The position numbers were made by a program, and so were the translations under genes. A stretch of 40,623 bases of DNA from an uncultured bacterium. GTDB taxonomy: Bacteria > Chloroflexota > Limnocylindria > QHBO01. This document shows positions 39,764 to 40,623 of this stretch, piece by piece; the stretch's first letter is position 1; each line of letters begins with the position of its first letter. The stretch spans positions 1 through 40,623 of the forward strand of contig CBFGSY010000003.1 in NCBI GenBank assembly GCA_965651545.1, written 5' to 3'. The notes below the pieces were generated by a model, which was given only the letters and a program-made list of their open reading frames with translations, searched no databases and was not told the DNA's origin.

Positions 39764-40426
39764 GTGTCGAATGGGTCCATTGGCCTCGATGAAGCGCTCA
39801 ACGAGTACCTGGTGCGGGTTGGCGTGCGGGAGCACCCGGTGCTCGCCGAGCTACGCCGCCAGACCGCCGAGCTGCCGGCCGCGCAGATGCAGATCGCGCC
39901 CGAAGAGGGAGCGTTGCTGGCCATCCTGGTGCGCCTGTTGCCGGCGCGACGCATCCTGGAGATCGGCACCTTCACGGGCTATTCGTCGACCGCCATGGCG
40001 CTGGCCCAGCCGGACGGCGGCCGTATCACGTGCTGCGACGTCAGCCGCGAATGGACCGATATCGCCCGGCGCGCCTGGGCCGATGCCGGCGTCGACGACC
40101 GCGTCGACCTGCGACTTGGCCCTGCGGTCGCGACGCTCGACGAGCTGCTTGGCGCCGGCGGGGCGGGCAGCTATGACCTGGCGTTCATCGATGCCGACAA
40201 GGCGAGCTACGACGTCTACTACGAGCGCTCGCTGCAGCTCGTGCGCAGTGGCGGGCTGATCGCCATCGACAACGTCCTGTGGTCCGGCCGCGTGGCTGAT
40301 CCGGCGGACGATGACGAGGACACGACCGCCATCCGCGACCTGAACGCCAAGATCGCCGCCGATGAGCGGGTGGAGATCGTGATGGTGCCGATCGCCGACG
40401 GCGTCACCCTGGCCCGCATCCGCTGA
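39764..40426 (+). CDS. Cation-dependent O-methyltransferase (caffeoyl-CoA OMT/COMT family)
   Basis: MQIAPEEG, LEIGTFTGYS, DLAFIDADK, IAIDNVLWSG, PIADGVTL. Confidence 0.93.
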   Translation: MSNGSIGLDEALNEYLVRVGVREHPVLAELRRQTAELPAAQMQIAPEEGALLAILVRLLPARRILEIGTFTGYSSTAMALAQPDGGRITCCDVSREWTDIARRAWADAGVDDRVDLRLGPAVATLDELLGAGGAGSYDLAFIDADKASYDVYYERSLQLVRSGGLIAIDNVLWSGRVADPADDDEDTTAIRDLNAKIAADERVEIVMVPIADGVTLARIR

Positions 40427-40446
40427 CGGCTCGGCCCCTGTCCTGC

Positions 40447-40619
40447 ATTCCCGGAGGGTGGGAGTAACGGACGAGAAGCGGTCGTTCTTGCCGGGGATTC
40501 CCATGGGGTGCGAGTAACGGACAAGATGAGGCCATAACGTGTCTCGGATTCCCGCCGGGTGGGAATTCGTGCCATGAAAGCGGCCAATATCGGTCCAAAA
40601 CCTCGCCCTACAGGCGGTT
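40447..40619. repeat. Array of ATTCCC-N7-GGGA(A/G)T-type palindromes with 50-51 bp period
   Basis: Units at 40447, 40497 and 40548, with a degenerate one at 40599. The first two share the tail GAGTAACGGAC. Confidence 0.75.
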
Positions 40620-40623
40620 CTTC

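Overview
High-GC bacterial chromosomal segment. The likely source is a Chloroflexota- or Actinobacteria-like organism; this is an inference from the F420 genes, frequent leaderless gene starts and the ECF/anti-sigma pair. About 43 CDSs are supported. In order: a metal ABC transporter with a divergent Fur/Zur regulator, a PPOX-class F420 enzyme and cofD-cofC-cofE, a Ser/Thr kinase, a Crp plus FAD oxidase cassette, hom-asd, and two DUF885 metallopeptidase-like genes. Next is a three-gene envelope-modification-like module (Thr-type LtaS/EptA-like membrane enzyme, small YIDPGSGS membrane peptide, kinase-methyltransferase fusion), then ECF sigma/anti-sigma, a nitroreductase, TetR-AlaX, a third DUF885, a serine hydrolase and two MFS transporters flanking MarR. 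An acetate/glyoxylate region follows (long ICL2-type isocitrate lyase behind a leaderless Cys-rich small ORF, LysR, GNAT, cNMP protein, acs). The window ends with DtxR, a nitrilase-family enzyme and a propeller-DUF971-PIG-L-O-methyltransferase operon. I saw no rRNA, tRNA, transposase, cas gene or true CRISPR. Four intergenic regions carry unexplained palindrome arrays with a period of about 50-52 bp. All family calls come from motif recognition by eye, not database searches.
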